DNA of 63,366 nucleotides, the filler included, from Sphacelaria rigidula (lineage: Eukaryota), in assembly GCA_964200075.2 (NCBI GenBank). It is 7 parts of 7 records of this genome, joined end to end, with 100 filler letters (N's around TTAATTAATTAA, not from the genome) between each part and the next. Parts side by side here need not be neighbours in the genome. Positions count along the whole stretch, not along the records: positions 9,069 to 18,036 come from CAXNAA020009623.1; positions 18,137 to 27,103 come from CAXNAA020009624.1; 5 more parts are not named here. One strand, given 5' to 3'. Positions 13,255-27,041 of this stretch are shown piece by piece (the stretch's first letter is position 1; the number at the start of each line of letters is the position of its first letter). The notes under the pieces are model-generated. The model was given only the letters and a program-made list of their open reading frames with translations, did not search any database and was not told where the DNA came from. A program made the translations under genes and the position numbers.

Positions 13255-14053
13255 ACGCTGTCCATGCTAGCGGTTGAAGCGTTCGACTCGAAACGCGAAA
13301 GCGACGAGGATTTCGGCGATCCGGGGCCGCCGGTAGCCGCGGCGGTGGCCGCCGCCGCCGCAAGAGCTTGCCGGCGAGCACGGAGACGCGATGCCGCGCG
13401 GGCCCTGTGACGGCGGGCGGTGTCCGATAACGGAGGGTGAACATCCGGCGCATACCTGCGGCGGCCAGAGGCGCCGTCGACGAGGCCCCTCGGTCGCTTG
13501 CCGCCGGGTAGCAGCGGTATCATGCCCTGCTGCTGCCGGTTCAACGTCGTTGCTTCGTATCCTCGTCTCTCTTCGTCGGCGATGGTGGCCCGCTGGTGGT
13601 GGTGGTCGTGGTCCGAAAGTCTCTGCTGCTGCTCCAGGGTCCCGGGGATGAGGCTCCACAGGTGGTTCATGGAGGCCCTGTCACGGTGTTGCGTGGTTAC
13701 CGCTCGAACTTGCGGCTGCTGTTGTTGCTCCCGTTCCTGCCGCTGATCGTGCTGCTGCCGTACGTTCTGCCGGCAGGGCTGAACAAATCGGGGCGAGGGA
13801 GGCGGCAGCTGTTGCCTGGGGGGCGACGTCGAGTTTGGCACTGTGACAGGAACGTCCTGCCCGATAGAAGTGGGTCGTCCATGATCCTTGCCGCCCTCCT
13901 GTGTCTGGGTCCAACGGCCCCCTCCGATCGTGTTCGCGCTGCCACTGCGCTCCAGTCGAAACACCGGACCACGAACGACTTGATGCGTAGACCGAGGCTG
14001 CATGGGCTCTCGCGGGGGAGGGCAGGATTGTCGGGGTACAGCAGGTCGGTTCC

Positions 14054-14086
<33 letters not shown>

Positions 14087-14957
14087 GCCGCAGATGATCA
14101 TGATGCACGGCGGAACCCATGGTCGCCGGAGGCGGTTCTGGTGTAGCAGGAGTAGCTCCACGCGGAAGATGCCATGCTGCTCCTGTCTGTGGATGTCGCT
14201 GAACGGCATTCGGAGATGATTCACCGAAGTTCGGCAAGGGCGATGATCGGTGGGATGCTAGCAACGGCTGGAGCTGATGCTGGTGTTGCTCTGTTCTCGC
14301 AGTAGCAGCACCAGGAGGCTTCACCCAACCAGCATACGCGGCCGTCGAAGCGAAAACAACAGAAGGGGTGACATGCCCGCCAGCGCGAACGAACGAATTC
14401 CCCAGGAAATTGTTTCGCCGATCCGAAGGATCTTGTGGAGCGGGACCAGATCCACCACATACACGTGAAGAAAATACGGGCCCGGTTGTACTAGTAGGGT
14501 TATGATTGGCCGAGCTGCGGGCGGCAGGGACAAACTCGGAGCCGGCAACAGGGGCACCTACTGTCGCTGCCGTTACGGCCGCCGTGCTTCTGGAGTAGAG
14601 GGGGGGGGGGTAATCATTCTCTTCTGGAGCGGCGAACTGGCGCTGGTCTACAGATCGCGCTCTCTTCGCAACGGGCGGTGCGGCAGCCGCTGGCGGCTGT
14701 CGAGCGGAAAATACGAACTTTCCGTTTCCATTGTTCCATGGATCGGGGTATGTGCGGTGTTTTGTCAGCGGTATCGAGTTTGACGGTGGCCGGGTGGTCG
14801 TTGTTTGCCCCAAGCCCGTCGGCGGCGACGGCGACATCGGTGTCGAAACGGGTCCTGGGGAGGCAACTCGCACTGACGGGGGAGAAGCTCTGGAAGAAGA
14901 GGGTAGGGCGACAGCGGCGAGAGAGAAGGGAGGACAGTGCATGCGGCGTTCGTTCAT
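12549..14957 (-). CDS. Low-complexity (Pro/Gln/Ser/Gly-rich) putative transcriptional regulator with a C-terminal partial CCT motif
   Basis: 848-aa GC-rich ORF (12549-15095). KPVKYKHRQIAARSRKRTRGRFVSEK at ~12672-12749 matches the CCT C-terminal consensus (K.IRY..RK..A..R.R.KGRF). Likely start is the ATG at 14957, directly after a TTTGGCAG acceptor. The stop overlaps a GG|GTAAGC donor, so a further 3' exon is possible. Confidence 0.8.
14055..14083 (-). repeat. (CAG)n polyglutamine tract in the CCT-like gene; (GGC)n polyglycine at ~13221-13248
   Basis: ctgctgctg... and gccgccgcc... runs on the plus strand, in frame with the ORF. Confidence 0.9.
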
Positions 14958-17900
14958 CTGCCAAATAAATATATCCTCCAGGCACCAGAAACAAAAGGGA
15001 ATAAACCAGAATATCCGCTGAAGGCAAATAATTCTGACTTGAAAAAAGAGAGCAGCACCCAAACACCTACGCATACATGCTACATCCTTCCGCAATCAAA
15101 CACAGAACGTGACAATTATCCGGAAGGCACTAAGACGCCTGGCAAGCACGAAACACAACCCAGGGACGCTACCTGGCGCTGGAATGAAGACCTAGGAGGG
15201 CTGCTGCAGCACCGTTAAGTTCGTCATCGCCGGGACCAGTACGCATCGTCCTCCCTTCTCTTCTCTCTCCCTTTCCTTCTCTCGCTGCTCTTTCGCCCGT
15301 ACACACGTTTGCCCAACTCCGCGAAACAAACACCAGACGAGACAGGTCCTGAGTGGAATAAACTGTATGCGCTGCGCTTTTCGGGAGTCACTCACGCTCA
15401 AGTGCACCGCTTCACCACCGGCTGCACTGTATTGATAATGTTGTTCTATACTACGCTGTCCTGAAAACCTGGCACGGTTATGGCAGTTCGCGGGGCGAAG
15501 GTACACACACTCAGGCGCAGATTGCGGGCTCGCGGCTTATCCACGGGGTGTGGGTATGCGACCGATTTGCTTCACTATTATTATTGTGGGCACTGGACGA
15601 TGAGCTCTTCAAAATAGCGAACACAAGTTCTCTCTATTTTTTTGTCCACTCCTTCTTTTCTTTTCAATTTCCTGTGGGAACCTGCACTCATACGCATTGA
15701 AATAGTCTTCTTCTATTATTGCCTCTGGCCACGGGATTTTTCCGCAAGGTTCGAATTTTCCTGCAATGAAGATCCCACTTTGGAGACATGGGAGCTGACA
15801 CAGAGCTATCTATATACTCACGATATTGTGTGATTTGATACATCGATAGGGCGCTTTTTCTGCGCAGCCGTAGCATACCACACAGGGAGCCTAGATTTGC
15901 ACCCAATTCTACTGGTATAAGGCACAATCTTCTTGGCGCACCGTAGTCCGTTGACAAAGTAAGTGTTCACGTTGAAAAATCTCAGTCAATCGTACTTTCT
16001 ACTTTGCTGGTTGGTGTGGATTATTTTTTATGCAGACCCAATTTCCTTCACGCAGGGCTCGTGAGGTCATCCGTTCTGTTCTGTTTCACAAGTATAACAA
16101 CAGTATGATGCTGTGGGATCGGGATGATGTTTATACCGATACATCGGTGCGCTTATCCCCAAAACCAAACAGCAGCATGCAGCTGAACCTGTCGATGGAT
16201 CTAACGATGCCTAACAACAGGCAGTGTACAGAAGGCGCAGTCCAAAATCGTATCGTACAATCAGCACATCACATCACATACGACATACGTCCCATGAAAG
16301 ACGAAAGAGCTACAGTACTCCTGTTGTCTGTAGCTCGCACATACACGTGAATGCGAAAAAACAAAGTGCAATTCAGACCGAGACCATCGGGAGGATCCTA
16401 ATACAGCCAGAGTATCGATAACCCTACACGGTACAGTACAGACGATAATATAATGGCGTATTGATGTAAAGACTGAGCTTGCTTCAAAGAATATCATGGT
16501 TGAGACGCACCGTTGGCACTGAACCGCAAGCAAACCGCTCCAGATCAAGAAGATTCGTTGGCCAATGAGCATCATTGTATCTTGCCTCGGGTGAACGCTA
16601 GCTTCAAGGAGAGATATACACGTAGTGATTAATTGCCCGCAGCAGGGTCGACCAACAGGCCCACGGCAGGCTGGTAGGCACAAGACACGAGACCGTGACG
16701 AACGGATCCATACAGTATTTACTGTTTTCTGTGCCTGTACATAAAAACAAAAATGAATCCACATGCACACACAGGGATACCTCAGGAATAATGCCCTGCT
16801 ACATTCCATAGAGATGATGACTCGTGACTATAGGCCGGCAGGTATTTGCGAAATTTGATAAAGAATCAGCTGATGATCTTTCAAGTAAGTGCAACGAATG
16901 CGCCGGGCGTGAGGATGCGACTGAAATAAGAGGTATCTCAAACTCGAGGTTCCCGGTAAATAATCACCGTATAAATTACAGGGAAAAATCGAGTATGAGA
17001 TACTGTACTGTATCTCGAGTTTGAGATGCAGTACTTCAAAGAACCTCGTTCACATCATCGTCCACTGAGCCAACGAATTATATTCGATTCCATGTTTTGT
17101 AGACCCAGGGATAATGGCAAGAACACGCGGCTGATCAGTGCTGTCGCATGACCACCCCAACCCCGTGGTGACCCCGTTGACACTTATCACTCCCTCAGTT
17201 CCGTAATATAAGCTGGATAAGGATTTTCCGAATATAAGCGTAGTTTGTATGCTTAAAAAAAAGTACGTTGTTTTGACCCCAACCCTAACCCTAAGTTACA
17301 GTAGGTCAATTTTATAATAATGATAATAATTAAAAGTAATAAAACATCCCCTTTGCAACCTATCCATATGTGATGTGTCGCAGTGCAGCATGATGATGAC
17401 AACATGTAGAAATGCACGTTGGATAAACGTCACTGTCTGCTCAAACACTGGCAAACTACGTGATCATATAAAATTAACATACTTTACTATACATATTATA
17501 TACGAGCTGGGCCAGCCTAGAGGCGGATTTGAAGTTTGCAGGCCCATGCTCCCGCCAATATTCATTTAGAGTTGTTTTGGTGCCGCTGTATTTTTTTTCG
17601 TGCCCTATGCATTGTCCATACCAAATTTCAGGGTCCAATTCTGAATATTGCCGGGAGCATGGGCCGTTCAAAAGTCGGGTCGGTAGAAAATCGGAACAGT
17701 ATTTTGCAGGCCACTCACAGGGCCATGTTTGGTTTTCGTGTATTGAAATTTTATGTGGGCGCTCGCTGAGGCATAATTAACAAAACAAAGTGGGTCAGGT
17801 TGCTTTTTTTTCATTTTTTTCACTGGTTTAGGGCGTTCTACTATGATGACGACCATTTCTTCACGAGAACGCCCTAACCTCAATGAAAAAAAAAATGAAG

Positions 17901-19948
17901 GCCCATTTTTTTTTTTTATTCGGCTCTCTTTTGTGGTTCTCCACACTAAAATTCGTCGCAATCCGCTAAATGCATCGATCGGGAGTTTCATAGAGATTTT
18001 ACTATTGGCGCTATCTCCGTCAGGTATAGGAATTACNNNNNNNNNNNNNNNNNNNNNNNNNNNNNNNNNNNNNNNNNNNNTTAATTAATTAANNNNNNNN
18101 NNNNNNNNNNNNNNNNNNNNNNNNNNNNNNNNNNNNCTCTGCATGTTCTTTACGCTATACTGCCATCGCAATTTCCTCATGTCCCTGTTTGTTTTTAGTG
18201 AGTCGGGAGGGGGGGGGGGGGGGGGGGATCTCCGGGCACCCTATTTGAGGAGGGTGGGTACCCCCCTGATCGGTGGATAACGGCGATAGTAGTTGCTGTG
18301 TGCGTGTGCATTGATCTTAGAACACAGATCTATGTACAATACACGTAATACCCTGCTTGCTGCTGTGTCCGACACTGCGTATACGGCGGTGGGATCATAC
18401 GTACGGGTCAAAATATATAACGCACAGTCTAAGTTGAAGTTATTCAATTTAAATATTCGCCAGTCCCTCTACATTACGTAACGCATTTCATTACGTAATA
18501 CCGATTTTAGTATGGACTCCGTTATACTTGTGTTTACCGGCCTTCTGCAGCTCGCAGGTGCCGTTCAGGACCGTGTTGCGGAGAAATGGTATCTAGGACA
18601 ACAACGGCCCCACAAGTTGTGTTTTGTCTTTCTGTATACGGGTTGGTGTACCCAACGTTCGCTATGTACCCATCGTTCGCTTTGAGCGTCGTCGTGCCTG
18701 CAGTATGGTTGCGGTAGCCGCGATTGGCATGTCAGTCTCCAATTGCGCTTGGCGTACTCCTCCTCTATCCTGCACGGCCTTGGATATGGCGCATGAGATA
18801 AGACGATGCCGTTGTCCTCGTTGTGCATTTTTTCATGGTCCCGGACGGCACAACCCCGAGCGAAGAGCTATATCGGCATCAATGCTGCTGGCTTCCTATT
18901 GTTGGCCGTCGTGCTTTTTTTCTGGATGGCTAGTGTTGATCAGTGCCCTGCAGACAGTACTCACGCAATGCCTAGGGTTGGCGCATCTTGCGGCGAAGAT
19001 ACAGTCCGTACCGCGACATAAATTATGAAGAGATGCAATGGCGAGGACGACCAAGCACTCTTCACACCAGACATCATACAGCTGACGTAATCATGAATCT
19101 CTCTTGCGTGTGTGGTCCCCTGTGCTGCAGCGCCGCCCCCTTTCGAAGGTATACCGTAAGCCTGCTTCAATTTGATATGTTGCTTATGAAAATATCATGG
19201 ATATACATTACTGTCCTGGGCTGTAGCGAGCTGGCGGAAGGAAATGAGGCCCACACCGGGCCTGGGCGACAAAACCCCAAACAATCCACTCGTGTTGACC
19301 TCCCTGCGGTACATGGGGCCCGAGTAGCGGACGTGTGTCCACCAACACAAGAATCCCGGGTCAAGTCCGTGCAAGAATCATGGAAAACGACGAGATGGTA
19401 GCTGGTTTCAGTTCGATTATTGTATCACGACCCGTATCTATGAACTAGGTGCCGCGTATACTGCGTACCAACCGCAGCGTGACGCGTTCGGCGGTACCAC
19501 CTGCTCACTGCACAGCGGTAGGGTGCAGGGTGACGAAGCAAATCGCAGGACGTCACATCCTTAGCCTATCCGTATCCTGCATTGATTTCTCGCTGTCCTA
19601 TGCAATTTGTTACATCATGAACGCAGCCGCTTGTATCTGCGGCAAACGTGTACGCAGGATATCACTCCTCGCTACGCGCTATACAGCTACGCCACATTTT
19701 GTAAAGCTGTCCGTGTTGCAGCTACAGCGTGTGCGTTTGCCCCAGGTGGCGCATGCAGGAGTGAAAGGCCGCCTCTGTTGGTGTAATGACTGCCTGTATC
19801 TTGGGCGAAGTTGTAGGATAACACAGCCGCAGCTGGTGCGCCCACATATACCAGAAGGTGGAGACCGGCGTCCAGAATAGATGGGACGATAACACACACA
19901 ACACACCGTGTGCACGATACTATTCACATCGTGTTCGTACTGACTCAC

Positions 19949-20030
19949 GGTCTGGTACATTTCCACTTATAATGCGGGGTCTGGTACATTTTCACTAATA
20001 ATACAGGATCTGGTACATTTCCACATGTAA
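19949..20030. repeat. ~30-bp tandem repeat x3
   Basis: 'tctggtacattt(c/t)cac' recurs three times in tandem. Confidence 0.8.
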
Positions 20031-22152
20031 ATGTACGCGATGTGAGATCGTGAATAATATCCGCAACATATGAGCGAACAACAGGTGAGGCAATCGCCGA
20101 AATATTCCCCTGCGAACTCTGCTCCAGTGCACTGTAAGTTGATATCGCTGGAAGGGCACTATCATAACCACCTTGCTGCGGCTGCCAGACTGTCAGGACG
20201 TAGGATTCGCTAGTATTGCTGCTGTCTGTACGGGTATGTACGGGGATATTGCTCCCTTGTCGGGTACGTGGGGAAGGGTTCGGGGCACAACGCAGTGCTC
20301 GCGTCAAGCAGCTGCATGCCGAGCGTTCTCACTCAAAACTTCGATTTGGAAGATAATACTAGATAGGGGAAAGCAACTGCTGTGTATCCAGGTGCCCCTT
20401 GGAGCAAGATGCGTCTGGTTCCTGTTTGACAAAGTTTCCCCCTGAAAACGAAATCAATACGGGCTTCAGCGTGAAAAAAATCTAGCAAAACAAAAGTCGC
20501 AAAAACCGAGTGGCAAAAACCGGTTGGTCGAACTTTTCACCCAGAGCAGACAACAATTTCACTTTGTGACACTGGAAAAAGCAGGATCAAGGTGAGGTCG
20601 AATTGGGGTTACGGATGCACATGGTTGCGCGGGAGACGAGAAAATAGCCGCCAGTGAAAGTTTTATCCAGCGTTTTGGCCTATATCCTGCGCAAGGTAAT
20701 ATTCATGGAGGATACCAAAGCATTTCTGCGACACTTGGAGCATATATCACTCTGCTTCGCATCACACTTCCAATTTTCCTATCCTTTCTCACATTGGAAT
20801 GGAATGGAAAAGGGATAGAAGAGACAGACGCCTTCGATGAAAAAAGCAAGAACGGCGTACAAGCAGAAGAAGGGACGGAAAGAAAGTAAGGGCCATAGAT
20901 TGACGATGACAATTCTTTCGCGCATCGCACCACGCAAATTTCAGACATTATCGTTCCAGTCCGAGTGACGTCCTTCCACGTGCGCAAGGCTGCGCAGGAA
21001 GGCGGAGCTGAGACCGGAGTCGTCGCTCGGCAAGTTCCCGCTAGGTTCTCTTCATCCATCCCTGGCCACTACTTGTAGATCCGTCTTGACATACACGTAT
21101 AACAATTGTGTCCCGGAATGCCAATGGGCATCGAACGAGGCAAACGCGCTAGTTCCACGCCTAGTAGTGCAATCGTACTTGAGCCATTTCCACTGCAAAC
21201 GGAATTGCGTGACGTAGTGGGCGCCCACCCAGATGGTGTACACAACCGAGATCAAGGAGTACTCGACGCCTAAAGAGAGAGTCTCGGACGCGTCGGGAGC
21301 AACGCCAACGGCTGCTTCGACGGCAGCAGCACTCGACGAAATAAATAGGCGGTCAGGGGCGTTGATGGCCGAGAAAGACAGGAAATTCCAAAGACACGTG
21401 TCCGATGGGATGATCCCGCATGAAAGGCAAACTCCCGCCCCGGGGTAAGGAAAGTCAAGACGGCTACCTCCCAACAACAAATCAACCACGGCGGCTTGCA
21501 GAGTTCTACTATTTCCGTGAGAAACAGTGAAGATAGAGGGGCTACGCAACGCCGCAGATTGCCCGGGCGTTATCGTCCGCAGGCTGTGGTCGTCTACGGA
21601 GCAAGTAACGTGGCGCCTCCACGAGATCCCTAGAGATTCTCGCGTAAGCAAATCCAGTTGGAGATCGCTGGCGCGTGTCCGGCCAGTTCGCTGGCCCGTG
21701 AGGCTTGCGTCTTTGGCAAAGGGCTTCGAACACGCTCGCCGTGTCGCCTATTTCATCACCGCTTCCGGGTAAACCGCCGTCTGACACGACAAAGTCGCGC
21801 GCTTCCGCCAGCTTCACCTGGTGAAGGTTAGTTTGCATTTGGGAGAGTTAGACGATGAAAGAGAGCTACGTAGCCGAATCAATCCCAGGGTGGTTGAATT
21901 CAGGAAGTGCGATTTAATGAAAAATCTACCCGGCCAGTCAGAAACGAAGGATTCGTCTGGTCGGTCAGAATAGAACCGCATAATTGCAGAAGGCCATCTG
22001 CAGAAGGCCTTCGGTGGACCTTTCCTAGCTCCGTTGCCTCTTTAGGGCCAAGCACCTTTGATCCATCGACTCGTTGGGGCTCTGAGGGCGTATCTCAGCA
22101 CTTCTTTTTTCGATCGAAAATTTGCGGTCGATTTTTCTTTGCCGATCTCATA

Positions 22153-23285
22153 CAGGCTGGTTCAGATTGAATACCCAAAATTTATTCCCCGGCTGATGAC
22201 GAACGCAAAAACCAGCCAATATGCACAAATGTGGCATCATACTGACCACAATGAACAGACAAAAATGGTGACATAGCCATATTTTCGTTCAAGGCTACAG
22301 CGGTGGCGCTGTGGACAAAAAGTATGTCTTGACCAATCAGCGCCCTCCAAGTTGTTCCGAATTTGAAAACACCAATTCCAAGCCCAATTTTCACCGAATC
22401 TCCACATGGTTCAACTCGTAGTAGCCGTCATCAGCCTGGGAATCTAACGGGAGAAACAGAGTTGAAAACGGTTCCAACGGAGTCGAATTTCGCCCAAAAC
22501 CGTCATGTTTCGGTGATGTGGAGCTTTGGCGTCGTCTCACTTCCACTCATGATATGTACGAAAAACCCACGGAGCCTCGTGACGATTTCCCCTTCATATG
22601 TTGCAGAAAAGCTCAGCTCATCCTCACACTTGGCAGTTTCGTAGGTATTGATACTCCAAATGAAACAATTACATTCTTGGCAAGATTTCAAAAGTTTCTT
22701 CGTTCTCTACCGGCTTCCGGGGGTCAAGCATAGAGACCCCCGGAAACCGGTACAAAATGCCTCAACACCCAAAATTTGACACCTTAGGGCTGGTGGTATC
22801 CCAAGGAACACTTGTGTGAAGTTTCATTACCTAACTCGAAAATTTTGAGTAGAACAGCGCGTGCAAGCCAAGAAGAACCGGCAAAATCGTCACTTGATAC
22901 TTTAATCAAGTAATTAGGGGGACACGCAGACTTTTTCATACTTGAGGGCACGTTCCGCAATTTCCTCGCGCCGATTCTTCGAGTTAGACCACGAAACTTT
23001 GCACACATGTTCTTGAGGGCATTATCTAATACTCGAAGACCGTTTTATTTATTTATTTTTTGTTGGTGACTTTATATCCAAGGTCGCGGTTGACCTACTT
23101 GACCGGGGGAGGGGTCAAATACCGACTATCTCGACACCAACAAAACAATAAAAAATAAAAACGGTTTTCGAGTTTCAGATAGTGCCTCCAAGAACAAGTG
23201 TGCAAATCTTCGTGGTCTGACTCGAAAAACTGGCATGAGGAATTCCCGGGGAATCAATTTTTGGCGTTCAATCTGAACCAGCTCG
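22153..23285. mobile_element. Tc1/mariner-like non-autonomous element with TA TSD and internal foldback
   Basis: TA|CAGGCTGGTTCAGATTGAATACCCAAAATTTATTCCCCGG ... CCGGGGAATCAATTTTTGGCGTTCAATCTGAACCAGCTCG|TA; internal inverted repeat ~22958-23068 / 23134-23246. Confidence 0.8.
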
Positions 23286-23489
23286 TAGGGCCACCGCATT
23301 CACGTTCCTTGAAGGCTTCAACTCAAAATCATAACTAGCGGCGCGCGGAGAAGAATGCAACGAGGTATAAAACAATCGTTTGAGATTGAAAACATGCGGT
23401 CGGAAGACACGAAGCGGCACTTGACTCCTATATTACAACTAGGCTTCCTCTAGTAATGCTAGGAAGGTTTTTTCAATGCTAGTAACAGA

Positions 23490-23685
23490 GAGTTTCGGAA
23501 AACGCTTTTTTTCATTTCAGAGTGCAAATATCTCAGGACCAGAGTGCAGAATCATGAAAAACAACTCATCGAAAAGAAGTCAAGGGGATACCACATGTGA
23601 CGGAGGGGGATATGATTTTTCGGTACACTCTGATCCTGAGATATTTGCACTCTGAAATGACAAAAAAGGGCTTTCCGAAAATCTC
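23490..23685. repeat. Foldback / short MITE
   Basis: 'ttcggaaaacgc...tcatttcagagtgcaaatatctcaggaccagagtg' is inverted as 'cactctgatcctgagatatttgcactctgaaatga...gctttccgaa'. Confidence 0.75.
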
Positions 23686-23889
23686 CAATATCACCAAAAC
23701 TAATGATCGTAAAGTGGAATTTATGCTTGATTTATGCCCGCATGTTCAAACAAATTATGCTCGATTTATGCTCGCAACGTGGAATTTATGCTCGATTATG
23801 CTCGTAATATCCAACAAGGATGGCATTCTCGACCGGATACAGACTCGACGATCACCATATGCATGTTATATATACAGTGGGGGGCTCGC

Positions 23890-24085
23890 AGTAGTGCCGA
23901 TACGTGGCCACCACGAACACCGGCACTACTTTGAAAAGTGCCAGAATAGGTGCAATTGAGGGCTCTGAATACCTCAGTAGTGCCGGTATGTGGCCACCAC
24001 GGACCGGCGCTACTCTGAAAAGTGCCAAAATAGATGCAATTGAGGGCTTTGACTACCTCAGTAGTGCCGGTTTTGGCACTACTGA
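23890..24085. repeat. ~85-bp tandem repeat (about 2.3 units) with internal hairpins
   Basis: 'agtagtgccg...ccggc(a/g)ctact.tgaaaagtgcca...tgcaattgagggct.tga.tacctc' repeated. Confidence 0.85.
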
Positions 24086-26894
24086 CGACCGTCCGTTCGT
24101 ACAGTGCTACGCTTACCCTTTGTGGGACCAACGGAAGCACAAAACGGACGAGGACCTTTGTTTCGAGGGGTTTCGATAGGATACGTCACGTAAGGTTTCG
24201 GAGTAGCAGAACTAAACCCGATGTTTTTTTGTTTTTCGCATTCAACTTAATTGATCCTGTTCACAGGTTGATCATTTCCTTCCCTACTAGCACAACAGCA
24301 GCAGTACGGCCACAAAATGTGCTCATGCCAAAAGACCTTCCCGACAAGAAAAACAAGGACACATCTGCACCCAACCCAACGAAAGAGGTGGGACATCTGA
24401 TGTGGAAAAAAACTCAAGAAAGAGTACACCGCCCACCAAAAGGAGCGAGCGAGAAAGAATGAAGCACACCCCTTTTCACTTCCTACCGGCTACCGAGACA
24501 AGGAGAGCAATAGGCAACAGACGACAGCAGTACAGAAGTACTATTGTACAGGGCCTAAAGTGGTCTGAACAGTTGGCAAGTGATGCGATACAGCACCACT
24601 CCCGCTACTCGTGCTGCCACTTGGATAGCCTGCACAGTACACAGACACAGTGTACGGAGAGCGTGGTGTCTTGTATATCAGCAGTGCAACAACGACAGTA
24701 TGATATGGCGGTATGCTCGATGGCAAGCAGTTGATGCATACTGCATACAGTCCGTGTTGTCAGAGCATCCATACAATCAAGCATGCGCGGTGCTTGGCTG
24801 ACCAAGAACACAAGACGATTGTTTGCTCGTCAATATCGAGCAAGAGGTTATCGCCGCAGGCTTGCGGTCTTCTGCCCTACTACAAGATGCTTTCTTCACT
24901 GCCCTGCTGTGGATTGCTGTGAAGTGCGTCTGGCCGCTATTTCGTGTGCAGCATTTCGATTTGAAATTGGGTTTGTCGTGGGTTGGTTTCGGACACTCAT
25001 TCAAAGAGCATATAATATGATAAATCTCCCATGAGTGTTATATTACGTATATGTTTTCCTCTATTTACAGGCAGTCAATCATGGCTCATTTGCCAAAGCC
25101 GTATCCACGTTGTCCACGCTGTGTCAGTGTTGTTCCTTTTCGATAATATAGAGGGATTAGGGTGCGAGATGTGTAACTTCCAGTACTGTAAGTTGCTCTG
25201 TGATCGCACAGGGCGTGAATTTCGCACAGGGGTCGTGAGAACGCACCCCTGTGCGATCAAAAAGTGAAGAAAGCTTCATCGCTCGCGAGTCATGTAACAG
25301 CATAGATTGCAAGCGATTTCTACTGGAAAAACGTGCCGGATCGGTAGTGCATGACGAAGTTTGTGAAGGATTATGTACATGCGGGCCCCACCCCGTCTGC
25401 ACTGGTCTGAACACAAGTGATACAGTACAGCACATCTGTTACGGCGGATATCGACTGTATGTGTAGTAGGCGTTTTGCAGTACGCGTGGCAAGTGCAGTA
25501 GGTCTTATTCCATTCGCATGTTGGTGTTGTATTCCAATCGGGCGTCCTTGACCGGAGCCCACCGCCCACAGAACTTCCATCACCCAGCAACTCTCATTTA
25601 GCTACCTAGCTAAGACTGATTAATAACGAAGCTATCAGCCACCACTTGGAGACATCTCGCTTGCAAGTAAGTCAAGAGCACCTCTTTTGCACGTGAAAGT
25701 GAGTCCCTGCTTGGCCTTGCGATGCAGTGCTTATCGGACTCGATGGTCTGTTACTCACGAGCTCAAGGGTCATTCCTCTCGACTGCGATTGTTCAATGTG
25801 GCCAGCCGCTGACCTCGTGTCACCCCGGGCCGGGCGTGTTCTTTGAGAGTGACGCCAGTATCACCTCGTGATCAGACCACGACATGGTGACCAATCGAGA
25901 ATGTAAGCAGTACTGCATAGTCGCATCGCTGTAGAGCTGCACTGTTTCGCGTTGTGTTTGCATACGGTGTACAGTAGTGCATCAATCGTGCTTTCTGTTC
26001 AGCTTTCTGTTCAGCGTGGGGTCTTCTGAGCAACGATCACGTGTTTAGGTGCCAGAATCTTACATGCCTGCTGGTTACTCGAAGAGACCATCAGCTGGGC
26101 AGAACGGAGCTGGGACACCTGGCTGCAGCGTATGCTTGCCACCTTCCGTGCTGACACGACAGCACAGGTACGTCCTGTGATTCATCATTTCACGTGCGCC
26201 TGCTTCCGTGTACGAGGACTGTCTTTTCACAGTTTCAAAATTCGAAATTCAAAAAGTCCAGGTCGGGATCTTACAGTACCGCACGTTCGATGAATGTGTC
26301 CCATACAGTACCCACAGCGGGCACGCAGTGTACGAAGTGCTCCGTAGGCAGGAGGTAAGTGCTGTTGATCCACTCCTAGATAGTGAAGTGTCCCGAGACT
26401 GAAACCGGCGAACATGCGAGCGCAAAGTACACATGGCGGCGGTTGTTGGGGCTGTGTACCTGGAGGAATTGCGAGACGGTAACCCACGTTCATCATTCAG
26501 GTGTGTACTGTGACAGAAAACAGCTCCTGTTAGATCTGGTGCCCAGGTACCTACCATGTTAGCCAGGTACGTGATCGTGTGGTGTTTGCACTGTAGTGTG
26601 TGCTGTGGCAGCGTGTTTGCACTGTGCAACTTCGTACCTAACAAGACTGCTCGAGCAGTTGTGCGATCATTCTATGTGAGTCCGAGTGAATTTCTGACCA
26701 ACATACGAGGCTTCTATGCTGGAGTCATCCTGGCGGCGGAACATGTTCAACGCCCGGCAAATGACGAATGGCCCCTAGTATGATTGATTGATGTGCGGCA
26801 TTGTGAAAAGTCATTGCGCGGGTCAAGTCGTATGGATTCGCTTACGCTCCACGCCACAACATGTCGCCACTGCATTGTCATTGTGTCGCCACTA

Positions 26895-27041
26895 CATTGG
26901 ATCATCACAACACTACATGGGACCATCACTAAGCTACATGGGACCATCACTGCACTACCTGGGACTATCACTACTGTACATGGGACCATCACTACACTAC
27001 CTGGGACCATCACTACACTTCAGAGGACCGTCACTACATGG
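26895..27041. repeat. 21-bp minisatellite, about 7 units
   Basis: Consensus GGACCATCACTACACTACATG. Confidence 0.9.

Noticed and set aside
12640..14219. Long plus-strand ORFs (256 aa, 207 aa) opposite the CCT-like gene
   Set aside because: Antisense shadows of GC-rich low-complexity coding sequence with no motifs.
19949..20030. CRISPR-like appearance of short repeats here and at 26895-27041 and 39495-39850
   Set aside because: Tandem units without unique spacers, no cas genes, eukaryotic context.
21542..21838. Possible terminal ATG18 exon
   Set aside because: It lacks the expected YF.S.WSF motif and lies on a different contig.
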